Source: Phyllosticta citribraziliensis | Taxonomy: Eukaryota | Direction: 5' to 3' | Assembly: GCF_038025025.1 (NCBI RefSeq) | Contig: NW_027117345.1 | Location: 1,116,001-1,180,000 of the forward strand | Length of the DNA: 64,000 nucleotides | In this document: positions 61,591 to 64,000 of the stretch, in pieces | Numbering within the stretch: the stretch's first letter is position 1 | Layout: each line of letters opens with the position of its first letter | Translations under genes and position numbers: made by a program | Notes under the pieces: generated by a model | Database searches by the model: none | Seen by the model: only the letters and a program-made list of their open reading frames with translations | What the model was told of the DNA's origin: nothing

Positions 61591-63404
61591 GAGAGGTACC
61601 GTTCAGATGACGCTGGTTGGAGCCGGGGATGGCTTGTTTCTGAAACGGGTTGGGTGTCTTTGAGATATGTCAGCTTGGCGGTAGTCACAAAGGTCCTATG
61701 CTTGAGAGATTCATATCAAGTTTGCACTTGGATTCGAGATAATTCCCTGTTGCCATGTAAAGAAGTCTTTCTTGATGGATCTGAAGAATTGAGCAACGGC
61801 GTTGGCTGAAAGACTTGACTGTCAGTGGCTTGAGGCAAGTTGTGAGCACGAGGTGATTGATCCACTTCAAGGAGGGTGGCCATGGATGCCGCATGGAGAT
61901 TTCGATCGTGTGTGGGCCTTTCACTGCGCCTGCCCGAACATCGCCCTTCGACCAAGTTACTTTGTATCTCGGCCATTCGCCTCGTTGGCTTTCAAGTGAG
62001 CTCACCTGAGCTTTCCAAGTTTTGGATGGCTCTGGCGGCCAGTGACGTGAGGATTGGACCTTCGGCGGCTCTGTGAAATCTGCGGCACAGCAGACAAATC
62101 TGACGAGTACTGAGATCATGTCATGATTTGTTGGAGATGCATAAGCGGTTTCGGGAAAAGCTGCCGCGAGGAGAGATGCCAACAAGCCTGCCTTTGGCGT
62201 CTTTGAAAATCGGAGACGTGGTCGAAGGCGCCGAGATCGATTCGATGAAGGAGGCCAACGATCAAGGCGTTCTGCTCGAGTTGCTGGACATTGTTGACTT
62301 AGTGTCGGACTTGAGGCCCTGTTTTCCTTGAGACAAGTCCGGTGTAGAAATTGGCCTGGAGACAGTGCGCAGCGGTCAGCTGTCAGGTTTTGGGATGCCG
62401 TGGACGAGAAGTTCGTTCGGCTCCGCGATGAGTGCAGTCTTCTCGCGGCAATCGCCGCCTGTTACCCCTTCCAAGGGACGTTGCACCAAAGCTTCCCGCT
62501 CTTTCACCACCTCAACTTCAACTCGCCCTCACCAGATGGACTTGCTCGCTGGTCTCAATTTCAAGATTGATTCTTTCGCCCAGGATACCATCACAAGCAA
62601 GGAAGTTCCATCGTCTCTTCTCACCGCTCACCTGGTCGGCCGACTCGTATCACCGGCAGCCTCGCGCGAAGAGGTTCTAGTCCCACCGGCTGCGGCGTTT
62701 CGGCGTAAAAACCCACGAGCCCAACGGCCAAAAGGCCCCAACCGAACCATCACACGACCCGACTCGACGCCGTAATAGGCCTTCCGGCAAAATTGACAGG
62801 AAAAATGTCGTGAGCGGCTTTGGTACCGGCATGTCGTGGCCATCCGGGGCGGTCTTGGCGGCCGGTTTTGGGTGGACCACCGCGCACACTCCCCCACGGG
62901 GCTGGCCTGGCCCCCCAATTTCCCCATACAGCTTCGTCACCTTCACACTCCGACGTCTTGTGAGTAATGATGTTGCAGGCGGCATCCTGATTTGGGAAAC
63001 CCGCCCATGGGATACTGATTCCGCACGCGCGCTCGGGCGTTTTCCCAGCAAAATACTAAAGCCTGCCTGACAGCTGCTTCGGGCGCGTACGCGTGAGGTG
63101 ACATGGCTCGTCTGCCTTTCCATTCTGCTGCTGTTCAAGATTCCCGTCACGTCCAGTGAGTTGTAATCCTTTTCGAGGTGAGTGGTTTTTTGATTTTTCT
63201 TCTTCCCACCCGACAACTTCTTGAAGAAGCCCCTTTCGTACAATGCGACATAAAACTCATTAAATCCAAACGCGATGCTGAAGTATGCCTTCCAAGATTC
63301 GCTCCAAAATTCATGCGACAAAAGAAAACGGGCGAATGCGCCGCGAAACGCCTCGCCAACAAATCAAAACTTGATCAACATATCCATCGTCGTGGCATGC
63401 ACCT

Positions 63405-64000
63405 TTAGTGCTGCGGAACCGACAGCTCAGCGCCTGCCTTCTCATCCTCAATCTCGCTGACCTCCTCCTCGGACGCCTCCTCGGACGCAGCAGTGCTCTG
63501 CGCAAGCTTGGACCTGGCACGAATGGCAGGGCCGTACTTGTACACGACGAAGGGGATGAACGTCAACAGGACGGCAACGAGCGAGAGCAAAAGGCCAGCC
63601 CACTGCGAACCCAGGTTGTGGAAGAACTGAGATCCGAACAGCGGCGACACGGCACCGAGAGTGTTACGCATAAGACCCTACCAAAGTCAGCAATTGTGTC
63701 ATGAGTCGGAAAACAAGGCTCAGCTTACCTGTCCAGCAATGGCAGACGAAGAGTTGGTGCCGTAGCAGTCGGCAGTGAAGGAGTAGCACGACTCAAAGAT
63801 GAAGAAGATGCCAATGGCAATGAGTGCCAGGCCAACGACGGGACCCATCCAGTGGACGAACGCGTACTGCGTGTACGTGTAGATGAAAAGACCGATCGGA
63901 AGGAAGGGCGCGCCGAAGAGAGCACCATACAGACGGGCCTCGGGCTCGACCTGGCCGTTGTTCGCCTTGACGAGAGCCTCGTACCTCTTGATCTGGAAGA
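63405..64000 (-). CDS. MFS transporter (DHA1 type), 3' part only; 5' end lies outside the window
   Basis: VEPEARL, YTADCYG..SSSAIAG, intron about 63679-63729, then RNTLGAVSPLFG..LG.QWA and IPFVVYKYGPAIRARSK. Confidence 0.9.

Overview
Eukaryotic DNA from a filamentous ascomycete (short GT-AG introns with CTRAC branch sites; probably a Dothideomycete, which is an inference). About 21 protein-coding genes fall into three zones. (1) 2-21 kb is a block of secreted or surface proteins: GH35 beta-galactosidase, a small 6-Cys secreted peptide, an uncharacterised multi-pass membrane protein, GH3 beta-glucosidase, a repeat-rich GPI-type protein and an aspartic protease homologue lacking its first catalytic Asp. 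(2) 21-44 kb is mostly conserved genes: Slt2/MpkA MAPK, a small hydrophilic protein, an ALDH3-type aldehyde dehydrogenase, NOP58, a dynactin-type actin-related protein, two hypothetical proteins and CCT3. (3) 44-64 kb holds a sugar porter, a P450, a PTH11-like membrane protein, a tight four-gene protocatechuate/beta-ketoadipate cluster (double EthD-like barrel-hydrolase fusion, carboxymuconate cyclase, PrcA-type dioxygenase, AhpD/CMD-like protein) and a truncated MFS transporter. The most notable observations are that cluster, a possible non-AUG mitochondrial presequence on its CMD-like gene, a 34-bp-period repeat array at the window start, and a GC-AG intron plus an 11-nt micro-exon in the MAPK gene. 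I recognised no tRNA, rRNA, intact transposon or true CRISPR array. Intron coordinates were read by eye, and family assignments come from remembered motifs rather than searches.
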